Source of the DNA: Nitrospirota bacterium
GTDB lineage: Bacteria; Nitrospirota; Thermodesulfovibrionia; Thermodesulfovibrionales; JdFR-88
Reading direction: 5' to 3'
Assembly (NCBI GenBank): GCA_021813765.1
Contig: JAKAJM010000002.1
Span: 28,853 to 92,852 of the forward strand
DNA: 64,000 nucleotides
Shown: piece after piece, positions 18,479-28,386 of the stretch
Layout: each line of letters opens with the position of its first letter
Numbering within the stretch: the stretch's first letter is position 1
The notes under the pieces: model-generated
Told to the model about the DNA's origin: nothing
Seen by the model: only the letters and a program-made list of their open reading frames with translations
Databases searched by the model: none
Program-made: the position numbers and the translations under genes

Positions 18479-20024
18479 CTTTCTTGTTGATGTAGATCTG
18501 CTGGGCCACGGAAAGCAGGTTGTTCACCAGCCAGTAGAGCACCAGCCCCGAAGCGAAGTTCATGAACATTATGGTAAAGATCACAGGCATGATCAGCATC
18601 AGTTTTTGCTGAGCAGGGTTTCCCGTGCTGACCGGCGTCAGCTTCTGCTGTATGAACATCGTTATGCCCATTACGACCGGCAGCACATAATACGGGTCTT
18701 TCTGGGACAGGTCGGTTATCCAGAGGGCAAATGGGGCACCCCTAAGTGCTATGGATATCAGGAGCACCTTGTAGAGCGCGAAGAAGACCGGTATCTGCAG
18801 GAGCATCGGAAGGCATCCGCCCATCGGGTTTACCTTGTGCTTCTTGTAGATATCCATCATCTCCCTTTGCATCCGCTGGGGGTCCTTCTTGTATTTCTGC
18901 CTTATTTCCTGCATCAGCGGCTGGATCATCTGGAGCTTTTTCATCGATTTCTGCCCCTTGGCCACCAACGGCAAAAAAGGTATCCTTATCAGAAGGGTAA
19001 GAAGGACGATGGACCACCCGTAATTGCCGACCCCGCTGTGTATCAGCTTGAGGAGCCACAGTATCGGACGGGATATGATGGAGAATATGCCAAAATCCAC
19101 TATGTACTGAAGCCCGGAGCCCAGGGCCGCCAGGTCGCTCTGTTTTTTCGGGCCGGCATAAATGGCGAACTTCTCGACGGATGGGTTTTTGGTCCTGAAG
19201 GCTATCACCGGGTTTCCGCTCTGCATGAACGCGACAGCCTCGTCCATTTTGGAGTGGGGGACAAGCGCGGAGCAGAAATACTTGTCTTCCTGTGCGATCC
19301 ACTTTACATCCTGCGTGTAGGAGACGCTCCCGTGTTCCACCTTTTTGTGCGACACCTCTATCCTGTCGGTGCCGGAAAGCAGCACGGGCCCCACATGGAT
19401 GCCCCTGCCTCCCTCCCTTGAATAGATGCCGAAATCGGGGCCAAGGGTGATCGTATAGCTGGGAAATCCCTTGACCTCGTCCTTGAGGTCCACCCTGTAC
19501 TGGCCGTTATGGAAGGTGTATGTCCTTCTTATTAAAGCCTGCCCGGAGGAATACTCAAATACGATCTTCCCTTCCGGATGGGACTTGTCCAGCTTCAGGT
19601 CCGTAGTCCCGCTTGCCAGGCTGAAGTTCAGGTGGGCGGCGTCGAAATCGGAGACCAGGCCCAGCGAAAGCGGAGGAAGAGAGCTGCCGGGCTCCAGGAT
19701 CACAACGTTCCGGTTTTTGGTCTGTTTGGTTGCTCCCCGGTATTTTTTGAGCATCCAGTATTCGGGCACCCCGCCCACGGTTGAGAACCTGGCCACATAC
19801 TGGTCCGTCTCCACCGTCACGATGTGCTGGGCGGCGGGCTGGGTCCCCTGTGAAAGCGCCGCGGCGGGCGCAACCGCCGGCGTGGCCGCCTTTTGGGCCG
19901 CTGGCGCAGCTTGCCCGGCCGCGGGAGTTGAAGGCACAGGAGCCGGCTTGGGAGCAAGGTAAAACTGGTACAGGATCAGGACAGCGACCGATAATACTAC
20001 CGCCAATAAGGCTTTTTTATCCAT
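18468..20024 (-). CDS. yidC: membrane protein insertase YidC
   Basis: An N-terminal TM segment, a large periplasmic domain, and the C-terminal 60-kDa insertase core (GNYGWSIVLLTLLIR...MGGCLPMLLQIPVFFALY). Confidence 0.95.
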   Translation of the reverse strand: MDKKALLAVVLSVAVLILYQFYLAPKPAPVPSTPAAGQAAPAAQKAATPAVAPAAALSQGTQPAAQHIVTVETDQYVARFSTVGGVPEYWMLKKYRGATKQTKNRNVVILEPGSSLPPLSLGLVSDFDAAHLNFSLASGTTDLKLDKSHPEGKIVFEYSSGQALIRRTYTFHNGQYRVDLKDEVKGFPSYTITLGPDFGIYSREGGRGIHVGPVLLSGTDRIEVSHKKVEHGSVSYTQDVKWIAQEDKYFCSALVPHSKMDEAVAFMQSGNPVIAFRTKNPSVEKFAIYAGPKKQSDLAALGSGLQYIVDFGIFSIISRPILWLLKLIHSGVGNYGWSIVLLTLLIRIPFLPLVAKGQKSMKKLQMIQPLMQEIRQKYKKDPQRMQREMMDIYKKHKVNPMGGCLPMLLQIPVFFALYKVLLISIALRGAPFALWITDLSQKDPYYVLPVVMGITMFIQQKLTPVSTGNPAQQKLMLIMPVIFTIMFMNFASGLVLYWLVNNLLSVAQQIYINKKVIV

Positions 20025-20139
20025 TGGACCCTTCAGGCCTCGAATGTGAGGAGCTTTTGTTTGTTTTTTTGGTTTTTCTATTCATGCCCGCTGCCTTCAC
20101 GCTGAACGCGCTCCGGCAGAAAACGGACTTTCCCTGTCA

Positions 20140-20352
20140 TTACCTGAGGGGATCATAGCCCCCGGCGCTGAAGGGATGGCACCTGATGAGCCGCCTGAGC
20201 CCGAGCCATCCGCCTTTAAGCGCTCCATAGCGCCCCACAGCCTGCTTCGCATATTCAGAGCACGAAGGAGTAAAGCGGCAGCTTGCCGGCAAAAATGGAG
20301 ACAAGGCCACCTGATAGAACCCTATCAGCAGGAGGACGAGCTTTTTAACCAT
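20140..20352 (-). CDS. yidD: membrane protein insertion efficiency factor YidD
   Basis: YQVALSPFLPASCRFTPSCSEYA...CHPFSAGGYDP. Confidence 0.9.
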   Translation of the reverse strand: MVKKLVLLLIGFYQVALSPFLPASCRFTPSCSEYAKQAVGRYGALKGGWLGLRRLIRCHPFSAGGYDPLR

Positions 20353-20392
20353 TTTAAAAAAAGGGGCTTTTTTGCTTGTTTCTGCGTACGGA

Positions 20393-20536
20393 CTAGACAG
20401 TAAGTTTTTTTCTGCCTTTGGCCCTTCTTCTTTTAAGGACGTCGCGGCCGCCCTTGGTGCTCATCTTCTTGAGAAAGCCCAGGTTCCTCTTTCTCCTTCT
20501 TGTGTGAGGATGAAATGTCGTGTATGTTCCGCCCAT
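20393..20536 (-). CDS. rpmH: 50S ribosomal protein L34 (47 aa; below the ORF-track cut-off)
   Basis: [47 protein letters not shown] matches the ...GFRxRMxTxxGRxVLxxRRxKGRKxL... pattern. Confidence 0.85.
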   Translation of the reverse strand: MGGTYTTFHPHTRRRKRNLGFLKKMSTKGGRDVLKRRRAKGRKKLTV

Positions 20537-20639
20537 AGTCCATGACTATATCAGTTACAGCGGCAGTTTGTCAATGGCACGAGTAATTTTCCGGGATCCA
20601 CTTTTAAAACGCCCGCCCTTTGGAGTAAAATGACTAATC

Positions 20640-21869
20640 ATGCAATCTGTCATCAAGGGACTATTACAGAAAAACAGCAGCAAGATCGTTATGCTTGTTA
20701 TGGACGGGCTGGGAGGGCTGCCTTATAGAGGGCCTGACGGGCCTTTTACCGGTAAAACGGAGCTGGAGGCCGCGCAGGCCCCGAACATGGACAAGCTTTC
20801 CAGTGTGTCGGCCTGCGGCATGCATATCCCCGTTGGGGCCGGCATCACGCCCGGCAGCGGGCCTGGCCACCTTGGGCTTTTCGGATACGACCCGCTCAAA
20901 TGGGAGATAGGCAGGGGCGTGCTGGAGGCCGTGGGCCTGGGACTTGACGTGAAAAAGACGGACGTCGCCATCAGGTGCAATTACGCCACCATTGAAAGCA
21001 ACGTGATAACCGACAGGAGGGCGGGCCGGCCCTCAACGGACAAGATGCGCAAGGTGACGGAACGGCTCCAGAAGGAGATACAGGATATAGACGGGGTAAG
21101 GTTCATATTCGGTCCCGGGATGGAGCATCGCTTTGCCGTGGTCATGAGGTTTCCCGATGCGGTGCCCCCGGAGGCCGCCATGGTCAACGATTCAGACCCG
21201 CAGATGGAAGGCAAGGCGCCGCTGCCCCTTATCCCCAAACACCCGAAGGCGGAAAAAACGGCTGCAGTCGCCAGCAAATTCATAAATAAGGTGGAAGAGA
21301 TCCTCAGGGACGAGCATCCTCAGAACTATGCCCTTGTCCGCGGATTTTCGACCCACCCCAGGATGCCCTCCTTCCTGGAGGCCTACGGGCTCCGCGCCCT
21401 GGCCATCGCATCTTATCCCATGTACCGCGGGCTGGCGCGGCTCATCGGGATGGAGGCCCCGGATTTCGAGGGTAGCTTTGAAGAAGAGATCGAATACATG
21501 AAGGACAACTGGAGCAGCTACGATTTCTTCTTCATACATTTCAAAAAGACGGACTCTTTTGGAGAGGACGGCAATTTCGCCGAAAAAGCCAGGAAAATAG
21601 AGGAGGCGGACAAGGCGCTTCCCTCCATACTGGCACTGAAACCGGATGCGCTCATAATCACCGGGGACCATTCAACCCCGGCGGTAATGAAAGGCCATAG
21701 CTGGCATCCCGTGCCGGTCATGCTCCATGCGCCTTATGTGCTTGGAGGGGTCACGGAAAGTTTCTCTGAAAGACAGTGTCTGAAAGGGGAGCTTGGGATC
21801 ATTCCCTCGACCGCCCTCATGCCTCTTGCGCTTGCAAACACGGGGAGGCTCAAGAAGTTTGGCTCCTGA
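20640..21869 (+). CDS. apgM: cofactor-independent phosphoglycerate mutase, archaeal-type (ApgM family)
   Basis: VMLVMDGLGG...the metalloenzyme superfamily pattern...ITGDHSTP...HS; about 409 aa. Confidence 0.8.
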   Translation: MQSVIKGLLQKNSSKIVMLVMDGLGGLPYRGPDGPFTGKTELEAAQAPNMDKLSSVSACGMHIPVGAGITPGSGPGHLGLFGYDPLKWEIGRGVLEAVGLGLDVKKTDVAIRCNYATIESNVITDRRAGRPSTDKMRKVTERLQKEIQDIDGVRFIFGPGMEHRFAVVMRFPDAVPPEAAMVNDSDPQMEGKAPLPLIPKHPKAEKTAAVASKFINKVEEILRDEHPQNYALVRGFSTHPRMPSFLEAYGLRALAIASYPMYRGLARLIGMEAPDFEGSFEEEIEYMKDNWSSYDFFFIHFKKTDSFGEDGNFAEKARKIEEADKALPSILALKPDALIITGDHSTPAVMKGHSWHPVPVMLHAPYVLGGVTESFSERQCLKGELGIIPSTALMPLALANTGRLKKFGS

Positions 21870-22047
21870 GCCAGGTTTTTGATTTGTTTTTCGCTTTTAT
21901 GCGGCCTGCGGGCGGCCTGTTGCCAATCTGGAAGCGGCAAAAAATAAAAAATACAAAAAAACAAAAACTCCGGCTGGGTTAAAATAAAATGAATTACCCT
22001 GCGGCAAATGCAGGTATCGAAATCTTAAAATACTGTTTTTTCTTTTT

Positions 22048-22130
22048 GTCGTTCCGGGCCGGGGATGGTGTTTCATAAAAAATTGGCGTAAGTCCGTCAT
22101 GCCGGCGAAAGCCGCTCCATAGTGGAGCAT
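22048..22130. repeat. degenerate copies of the same repeat family (locus D)
   Basis: GTCGTTCCGGGCCGGGGATG and CCGTCATGCCGGCGAAAGCCGCTCCATAGTGGAGC resemble GCCGTCATACCGGCC...AGCCGCTCCCTGGACAGCGGCT at 38565-38610 and its reverse complement at 17345-17380. Confidence 0.45.
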
Positions 22131-22194
22131 GCACGCAAGAAAAAACCTGGCCGGGGCTATTTTAAGACCACTGCTGAAATTCCAAAGGTAAGAG

Positions 22195-23592
22195 ATGAAT
22201 AAAGACATTTTCCTGGTAGATACGCACTGCCATCTGGACATGTCCCAGTTCGATGCGGACAGGGCGGAGGTGCTGGAGCGCGCAGGGGCCGCGGGCGTAA
22301 GGCATATCATAACTGTAGGCTCCGGGGTGGAGAGCTCGATGGCGGCTGCGGCCATTGCGCGGTCGAATGACCTTGTTCATGCGGCTGTGGGAGTGCACCC
22401 TCATGACGCGAAGGATTTTAACGACGGCGCGTTTAAGGCCCTCCTGGCGCTTGCCAGGGATAAAAAGACCGTCGCTGTCGGAGAGACCGGGCTGGACTAC
22501 CATTACATGCACTCCCCGAGGGAGGCCCAGATAGAGGCCTTTAAAAGGCATATAGAGCTTGCGCTTGAGGTTGGGCTCCCGCTCATAGTGCACTCGCGGG
22601 AGGCCGCGCGGGACACGGTCCGCGTACTTGGGCAGTATTGCGGCGCCGGAGGGCCGCTCAGGGGCGTGCTGCACTGCTTCTCCGGGGACATGGAGATGGC
22701 CGGAGAGCTGGTTGCGATGGGCTTTTATATATCCTTTGCGGGACCGGTAACCTTCAAAAGCAAGAGGTCATCGGAGCTTGCCGGCATAGCCGCCTCGGTC
22801 CCGGATGACCGCATTCTCGTTGAGACCGATGCGCCCTATCTTGCCCCTGAGCCTTTCAGGGGCAAAAGGAACGAGCCAGCCCATGTCAGGCACACGGCGG
22901 AAAAGCTGGCACAGATCAGGGGCATCAGGGCGGAAGATGTGGCAAGGATAACATCTCTTAACGCCTTCAGGCTTTTTGGGATAGGCGAGGTGTCAGGCGA
23001 AGGCGTGATCGCCTATCCCATACGGGACAGCCTTTACCTGAACGTTACAAACAGGTGCTCGAACAACTGCTCTTTTTGCGTGCGGATGAAGGGTGATTTC
23101 GTGAAAGGGCATATGCTCAGGCTCCGGCGGGAGCCTTCCGCCCGGGAGCTGCAGGAGGCCATCGGGGACCCGGCAAAATATTCGGAGGTGGTCTTTTGCG
23201 GCTACGGGGAGCCCCTCATGCGACTGGACGTCGTAAAAGAGGTTGCCGGATGGGTGAAGCAGAGGGGCGGAAGGGTAAGGATAAACACAAACGGGCAGGG
23301 CAGCCTGGTAAACGGAAGGGACATCCTGCCGGAGCTTGCCGGGCTCGTGGACTCTCTTTCGATCAGCATGGACGCCCAGGACGAAGAGACTTACGGGAGG
23401 CTGTGCAAACCTTTGCACAAAGATGCGTTCAGGGCGCTCCTAGACTTCATTTCGGGCTCCGTCAGGTATGTGCCGGACGTGCAGGTGACGGTCGTTGATA
23501 CGGAGGGTGTGGACGTGGAGGCATGCCGGGCGCTTGCAGGGTCTCTGGGGGTGAAAAACCTGCGGGTAAGAAAACTGGACGTGGTGGGTTAA
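22195..23592 (+). CDS. fusion protein: TatD-family metal-dependent hydrolase (N) + radical SAM domain (C)
   Basis: The N-terminal ~255 aa read DTHCHLD...GETGLDY...HSR...HCFSG...ETDAPY (TatD). The C-terminal ~190 aa carry NRCSNNCSFC (CX3CX2C, 23056-23079) and a GYGEPL-type SAM-binding motif. Confidence 0.85.
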   Translation: MNKDIFLVDTHCHLDMSQFDADRAEVLERAGAAGVRHIITVGSGVESSMAAAAIARSNDLVHAAVGVHPHDAKDFNDGAFKALLALARDKKTVAVGETGLDYHYMHSPREAQIEAFKRHIELALEVGLPLIVHSREAARDTVRVLGQYCGAGGPLRGVLHCFSGDMEMAGELVAMGFYISFAGPVTFKSKRSSELAGIAASVPDDRILVETDAPYLAPEPFRGKRNEPAHVRHTAEKLAQIRGIRAEDVARITSLNAFRLFGIGEVSGEGVIAYPIRDSLYLNVTNRCSNNCSFCVRMKGDFVKGHMLRLRREPSARELQEAIGDPAKYSEVVFCGYGEPLMRLDVVKEVAGWVKQRGGRVRINTNGQGSLVNGRDILPELAGLVDSLSISMDAQDEETYGRLCKPLHKDAFRALLDFISGSVRYVPDVQVTVVDTEGVDVEACRALAGSLGVKNLRVRKLDVVG

Positions 23593-23603
23593 AAGAAAAC
23601 GAG

Positions 23604-24422
23604 TTAAACGGAATTGCCAGGCATCCCGGCCCCGGCCTGGCAGCCGGGCATCCACGGCTTCAGTATCCCCAGCATGACCGGTGTCCCGTCCTTGTCCGCG
23701 GGCAGGGCGGACCACGACGCCGTTAAAGGCACCATCTCACCCTGTTTCGATATGAGCGTGAGCTGGCAGAGGGAACTTGTGCCGCTATCGGGCAGACAGG
23801 TCTGCTTTCTCAGCCATCTTTCGCTTTTTTCATCCATGAAATCAAAGACGGGAAACCCCAGGATGTCTTCCCGCTCGTAACCCAGAAGACTTGTGAATGC
23901 CGGGTTGATGTCCCTGACGAGATTTTTTTTCCCGTCCACCACCCAGAGTGAAACGGGCATCATGCTTATATAGCGGTCTTTCAATGCCAGTGCGTCTTCC
24001 TTTTCCCGGAGGGTCCGCAAGAGCCTGTCCATGGCAGAGGCTATTTCCGAGAGCTCTCCGGCCCCGGGGGCAGGCTCCCCCTGCGGCGTCTCCTGGACGC
24101 TTTCCGGCAAGCCGCCGGAATTTATCTGCCGGGCAGCCTGGTGCAGGTCATTAACCGCCTTAAAAAACCTTTTTCCCAGAAACAGCGCCGCCATGAAGCC
24201 GGTCAAGAAAACATAAAACCCTGCGGCCAGGAAACGGCTTTCGCTCTGCGCGGTCAGCCCGGAGTAGGCGAGCCTCTGCTCCAGGGAAACCGGTCCGATG
24301 TCCTCCAGCCGCGCCATTATCACACCGGACTGATGATACGAGATCAATAACATGATCGCGATCAGGACCGCCCAGAAGAAAAGCAGGAAAAGAAAAAAAC
24401 CGGTTATCAATGTTTTTTTCAT
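23604..24422 (-). CDS. membrane-anchored HAMP-like/PAS sensor protein without a recognisable output domain
   Basis: Two TM segments, a linker, then a PAS-like region (...WVVDGKKNLVRDINPAFTSLLGYEREDILGFPVFDFM...). Confidence 0.6.
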   Translation of the reverse strand: MKKTLITGFFLFLLFFWAVLIAIMLLISYHQSGVIMARLEDIGPVSLEQRLAYSGLTAQSESRFLAAGFYVFLTGFMAALFLGKRFFKAVNDLHQAARQINSGGLPESVQETPQGEPAPGAGELSEIASAMDRLLRTLREKEDALALKDRYISMMPVSLWVVDGKKNLVRDINPAFTSLLGYEREDILGFPVFDFMDEKSERWLRKQTCLPDSGTSSLCQLTLISKQGEMVPLTASWSALPADKDGTPVMLGILKPWMPGCQAGAGMPGNSV

Positions 24423-24437
24423 TTTTTCTTTTTTTGG

Positions 24438-25400
24438 CTAAAGCGCCCTCATCGCCAGGTATATGAACAGGACCGAGATGCTCCAGGCAAAAAGGGCTGT
24501 AAGCAGCGGATATGCCCCTTTCCTGGCTATGGAATCAAGATCCACGGTGAGCCCAAGGGCTGCCAGGCAGAGCGAAAGCGCAAGGAGTCCGATTGGCGCA
24601 AGGGTTTCGCTGAGCCTCAGCCCGGCCGGGCCAGTCAGGTTTACCGCCAGCGCAAGGCCGGTGAATACTGCGATGAAGCTAAGGGCTTCAAGGGGCCGGA
24701 CCGTCTTTTTCATGAAATAAAGCACCATTACCAGGGGCGCCAAAAGCGCGGTCCTTATGAGCTTCAGGCTTGTTGCAAGCCCGGCCAGTGTCCTGCCCAT
24801 GGAAGCCGAGGCCGCCCTTATCAGGCCAAGCGAGGGCAGGGCGGCACCCAGCATGAAAGCGAACTTTTGGGGCAGGAGCCCAAGCGCATCGGGACAGAAG
24901 GTCATGAAAAACATTCCCGCCAGCCCTACTGTCCAAAGTGAGATGAGGGATACGGACACATCGTCCCGGTCTGCGCCCCTGACGCCCGAGATAATGGCCA
25001 TGCCGCTTGCCCCGCACACGGAAAGACCCGCGCAAAGCAGAAGGGAGATGCCGGATTCAAGCCCGAACCCCCTGGCCACGATAAAGGTTATAACGAAAAA
25101 AAGCAGGCCGGCGCCCAGCGCGTAGGGCAGGAAAAACAAAAAAAACTTCATTGCGGGCCCGGGGAAAACCATCTGAGCGCCGTAGAGGCCAAGCGCGGCG
25201 GGCAGGACCCTGCTGACGCAAAAGCGGGCACCTGCCTCGAACCGCTTTTTATTTTCGATAAAATTCCCAAGGAGCATACCCATAAGCGGGGACATAAGCA
25301 GGGCGTCAAATGAAGGGTGCAGGCAGGAGGCCGCCAAAGCCAGAAAGGCCACGGCCGCCGACAGACATACTCCAGGCAATATGGATGAGATCTCCGCCAT
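24438..25400 (-). CDS. YeiH/UPF0324-family integral membrane protein
   Basis: 320 aa, about 10 TM segments, Gly/Ala-rich helices. The family call rests on overall resemblance. Confidence 0.55.
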   Translation of the reverse strand: MAEISSILPGVCLSAAVAFLALAASCLHPSFDALLMSPLMGMLLGNFIENKKRFEAGARFCVSRVLPAALGLYGAQMVFPGPAMKFFLFFLPYALGAGLLFFVITFIVARGFGLESGISLLLCAGLSVCGASGMAIISGVRGADRDDVSVSLISLWTVGLAGMFFMTFCPDALGLLPQKFAFMLGAALPSLGLIRAASASMGRTLAGLATSLKLIRTALLAPLVMVLYFMKKTVRPLEALSFIAVFTGLALAVNLTGPAGLRLSETLAPIGLLALSLCLAALGLTVDLDSIARKGAYPLLTALFAWSISVLFIYLAMRAL

Positions 25401-25450
25401 TCAAAAACAAAAATAAAAAAAGCAAAAAAGACGTCAGAAAAAAAGAAAAA

Positions 25451-26707
25451 CTATTCCGCCCGTGAGAACTGTTTTAAGATTTCTTCCCGCCCGGCTTCGC
25501 CCGATGAGCCATCCTTAAGGTTTTTCCATTTGAACTTGCCGCTTTTAAGCTCGTCCTCGCCGATGATGACCACACTGCCCGCGTTTATTTTGTCGGCCCT
25601 TCTCAACTGGCTCTTCAGGGAAAAACCTCCCCATCCGAGCTCAACCCTTGTGCCGCCGTCCCTTAGGCGCGTGGCCAGCTTCAGGGCTTCGGTGGCGGCC
25701 TCCGCTCCAAGAGAGGCGATGAAAAGCGCCGGGCCGGGGGCGGCAGCCTCCTGCCGGAGGAGCCCAGCCAGCCTCTCCATCCCCGCCGCAAAACCGATTG
25801 CCGGGGTCTCGGGCCCCCCGAATTCGGACACCAGAAGGTCGTACCTGCCTCCGGCGGCCACGGCGTTCTGGGCGCCAAGCCCGGCGTCTCCCTTGACCTC
25901 AAAGACGGTCCTCGTGTAATAATCGAGGCCTCTTACCATGTGTGGGTTAAAGACATGCGGCGTGCCCAGGGCTTCCAGGAACCCCACGAGGCTGGCAAAA
26001 TGGTCCCTGCAGTCCTGGCAGAGGGTTTCGCTTATGAGTGGAGCGTCTTTTCTGATCTCGCCGCAGCGCTCCACCTTGCAGTCCAGTATGCGGAGCGGAT
26101 TTTGCTCGTAGCGCCTCTGGCAGTCCGGGCAGAGCTCGCTCAAGCGAGGGGTGAAAAATTCCCTCAGGCGCTCCCTGAAGGCAGGGCGGCACTGCTTGCA
26201 GCCGATCGAGTTCAGCTCCAGCGAAAGCCCTTTTAGCCCAAGCCTCCCCAGGATGGCCATCACCATGGTTATCATCTCGGCGTCCACTGCCGGGTCCGCA
26301 ATGCCAAAGCACTCCGCCCCGAGCTGGTAGAATTGCCGCTGCCTGCCCTTCTGCGGTCTTTCATAACGGAACATGGGTCCGGAATAGAAGAATTTTTGCG
26401 GCGCGGGACGGGCCGGCAGGTTGTGTTCCACGTAGGCCCTCACAATGGATGCCGTCCCTTCGGGGCGCAGGCTTACGCTTCTGCCGCCCTTGTCGGTAAA
26501 TGTGTACATCTCCTTGGAAACTATGTCGGACGAATCACCTATGCTCCTAAGGAAAAGCTCGGTCTGCTCGATCACCGGCGGGATGATCTCTTCGTATCCG
26601 TAGGCGCTCATGACAAGACCGGCGGTGTTCAGTATCTTTCTCCACAGGCCGGTCTCCGGGGGCAGGACGTCGGCTACGCCCTTAAGGGCGGTGAACCGGG
26701 ATTTCAC
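25451..26707 (-). CDS. hisS: histidine--tRNA ligase
   Basis: Class II motifs: ...YGYEEIIPPVIEQTELF...SLRPEGT...FRYERPQKGRQRQFYQLG...GGGRYD..., plus a C-terminal anticodon-binding domain. Confidence 0.95.
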   Translation of the reverse strand: MKSRFTALKGVADVLPPETGLWRKILNTAGLVMSAYGYEEIIPPVIEQTELFLRSIGDSSDIVSKEMYTFTDKGGRSVSLRPEGTASIVRAYVEHNLPARPAPQKFFYSGPMFRYERPQKGRQRQFYQLGAECFGIADPAVDAEMITMVMAILGRLGLKGLSLELNSIGCKQCRPAFRERLREFFTPRLSELCPDCQRRYEQNPLRILDCKVERCGEIRKDAPLISETLCQDCRDHFASLVGFLEALGTPHVFNPHMVRGLDYYTRTVFEVKGDAGLGAQNAVAAGGRYDLLVSEFGGPETPAIGFAAGMERLAGLLRQEAAAPGPALFIASLGAEAATEALKLATRLRDGGTRVELGWGGFSLKSQLRRADKINAGSVVIIGEDELKSGKFKWKNLKDGSSGEAGREEILKQFSRAE

Positions 26708-27231
26708 AAGTCATCGGCCTCGTTTCCCAGCTCGTTCTTGATGAACCCTCCGTTGCCCTGCGGGGCGGCCCCATCCTCGCCTTCGCGTTCCCTGTCGAAC
26801 TCGATCAGCTGCAGGTGGTTCTGGATGAGGCGCTTCAGCTCCTCCTTGAAATGCCTCCTTATGCCTTTCAGGTCAACGATGTCCTCATGTATCTTCACCA
26901 CCCGCTCCTGGGCGTCCCGGAGCATCTCCTCCGCCTTTATCTCCGCCTCTCTGAGTACGAGCTCGGCTTCCTTCCTGGAGTTGTTCTTGTAATCGTCGAC
27001 CATTTGCTGGGCGGTCATGAGCGTGTCCTTGAGGGATGACTCCATGTTCTTGTAATCCTTAAGCTGGCTGTCCAGCCTGGAGATGGTCTCTTTGAGGGAG
27101 GAGTTTTCCCTCAGAAGCTCCTCCATCTCTTCCCGGACGAGTTCGAGGAAGGCATATACCTCGTCCATCTCGAACCCCCGGAACTTTACCGGGAACTGTT
27201 TTTGCTGAATGTCCAGCGGCGTTATTCTCAT
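26704..27231 (-). CDS. DivIVA-domain protein
   Basis: MRITPLDIQQKQFPVKFRGFEMDEVYAFLELV is followed by coiled coil. Confidence 0.85.
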   Translation of the reverse strand: MRITPLDIQQKQFPVKFRGFEMDEVYAFLELVREEMEELLRENSSLKETISRLDSQLKDYKNMESSLKDTLMTAQQMVDDYKNNSRKEAELVLREAEIKAEEMLRDAQERVVKIHEDIVDLKGIRRHFKEELKRLIQNHLQLIEFDREREGEDGAAPQGNGGFIKNELGNEADDL

Positions 27232-27256
27232 GTGAAGAAAAACCTCCCTTTCCGCC

Positions 27257-27556
27257 TCATCTTCCTAGCCTGGAAGCATAATCGATCAAGGACGCTACGG
27301 CGAAACGTTTAATGAACATGATCACGAGTATCACAACAATGGGGGAGATGTCTATCCCTCCCAGGGTGCCTATGGTCCGCCTTATGGGCCGGAAGACGGG
27401 GTCGGTGGCCTTGTAAAGGAACCGCACTATCGGGTTGTAGGGGTCCGGGTTCACCCAGCTTATGAGCGCGGCTATTATGACGATCCACATGTACAGGGAA
27501 AGGGCTATGTCCAGTATTTCCGCAATGGCAGAGATGAAATTGCCTATGACGTACAT
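27257..27556 (-). CDS. yggT: YggT-family membrane protein
   Basis: ...LISWVNPDPYNPIVRFLYKATDPVFRPIRR...GGIDISP... Confidence 0.85.
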   Translation of the reverse strand: MYVIGNFISAIAEILDIALSLYMWIVIIAALISWVNPDPYNPIVRFLYKATDPVFRPIRRTIGTLGGIDISPIVVILVIMFIKRFAVASLIDYASRLGR

Positions 27557-27585
27557 TTTTTTCCTTGCCTTGCGCCTTTCCCTAG

Positions 27586-28386
27586 CTAACCTCTTCCCAG
27601 TTCCCTGGCCCTTTGGACTGCGGCACCTATTGTATCATAAAGGATGTCCTTAAATCCCCTGCCTTCAAGCACGCTCAGCCCGGCGGCCGTGGTGCCTCCA
27701 GGCGAGGTGACCATCTTCCGCAGGCTTGCCGTGTCCATGCCTTCCTCAAGCATCCTTAAGGTGCCAGCCGCCGTCTGAAGCGCCAGTTCCCTTGCCGCTT
27801 CCGAAGGCAGGCCCTCCCTTACCGCCCCCTCCACCAAACCCTCTACGAAAAGGGCGAAGAAGGCCGGCCCGCTGCCCGAAAGGGCGGTGACCGCGTCCAT
27901 GTGCTTTTCTGGCATGACCATCACCTTGCCTACCGACATGAATATCTCCTTCACGCGGGCAAGAAGCGCGGCATCGGGCGGGCATTCGCTCATGGAAAGC
28001 ACCGTCATGCCAAGGCCCGACAGGGCGGGGGTATTGGGCATCGCGCGCACCACGTTCCTGGTGCCAAGCTTCTCCGTCAGGTAGCCAAGCCTTATTCCCG
28101 CCGCTATCGAGACGGCGAGTTTCTGTTTCCCTGTAGCCGCGCCGAAGACCTCCCTCATGCCCGAAAGCGCCTGGTCTATTATCTGCGGCTTGACGGCTAT
28201 GACAACCACCTCCGGCCCTTCGGCCGCCTCCAGGTTGGAGGCCGTGGTCCTTACGTGATAGGCCTGCTCCAGGTACTTTCTTCTTTCCTCCACCGGCTCT
28301 GCCACCAGTATGTCCGCATGGCCCCTGGCCGTCATCCCCTTGATAAGCGCCTCGGCCATGTTGCCGCCGCCTATGAAACCTGTCAT
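27586..28386 (-). CDS. proC: pyrroline-5-carboxylate reductase
   Basis: FIGGGNMAEALIKG...RAMPNTPA...VTSPGGTT. Confidence 0.9.
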   Translation of the reverse strand: MTGFIGGGNMAEALIKGMTARGHADILVAEPVEERRKYLEQAYHVRTTASNLEAAEGPEVVVIAVKPQIIDQALSGMREVFGAATGKQKLAVSIAAGIRLGYLTEKLGTRNVVRAMPNTPALSGLGMTVLSMSECPPDAALLARVKEIFMSVGKVMVMPEKHMDAVTALSGSGPAFFALFVEGLVEGAVREGLPSEAARELALQTAAGTLRMLEEGMDTASLRKMVTSPGGTTAAGLSVLEGRGFKDILYDTIGAAVQRARELGRG

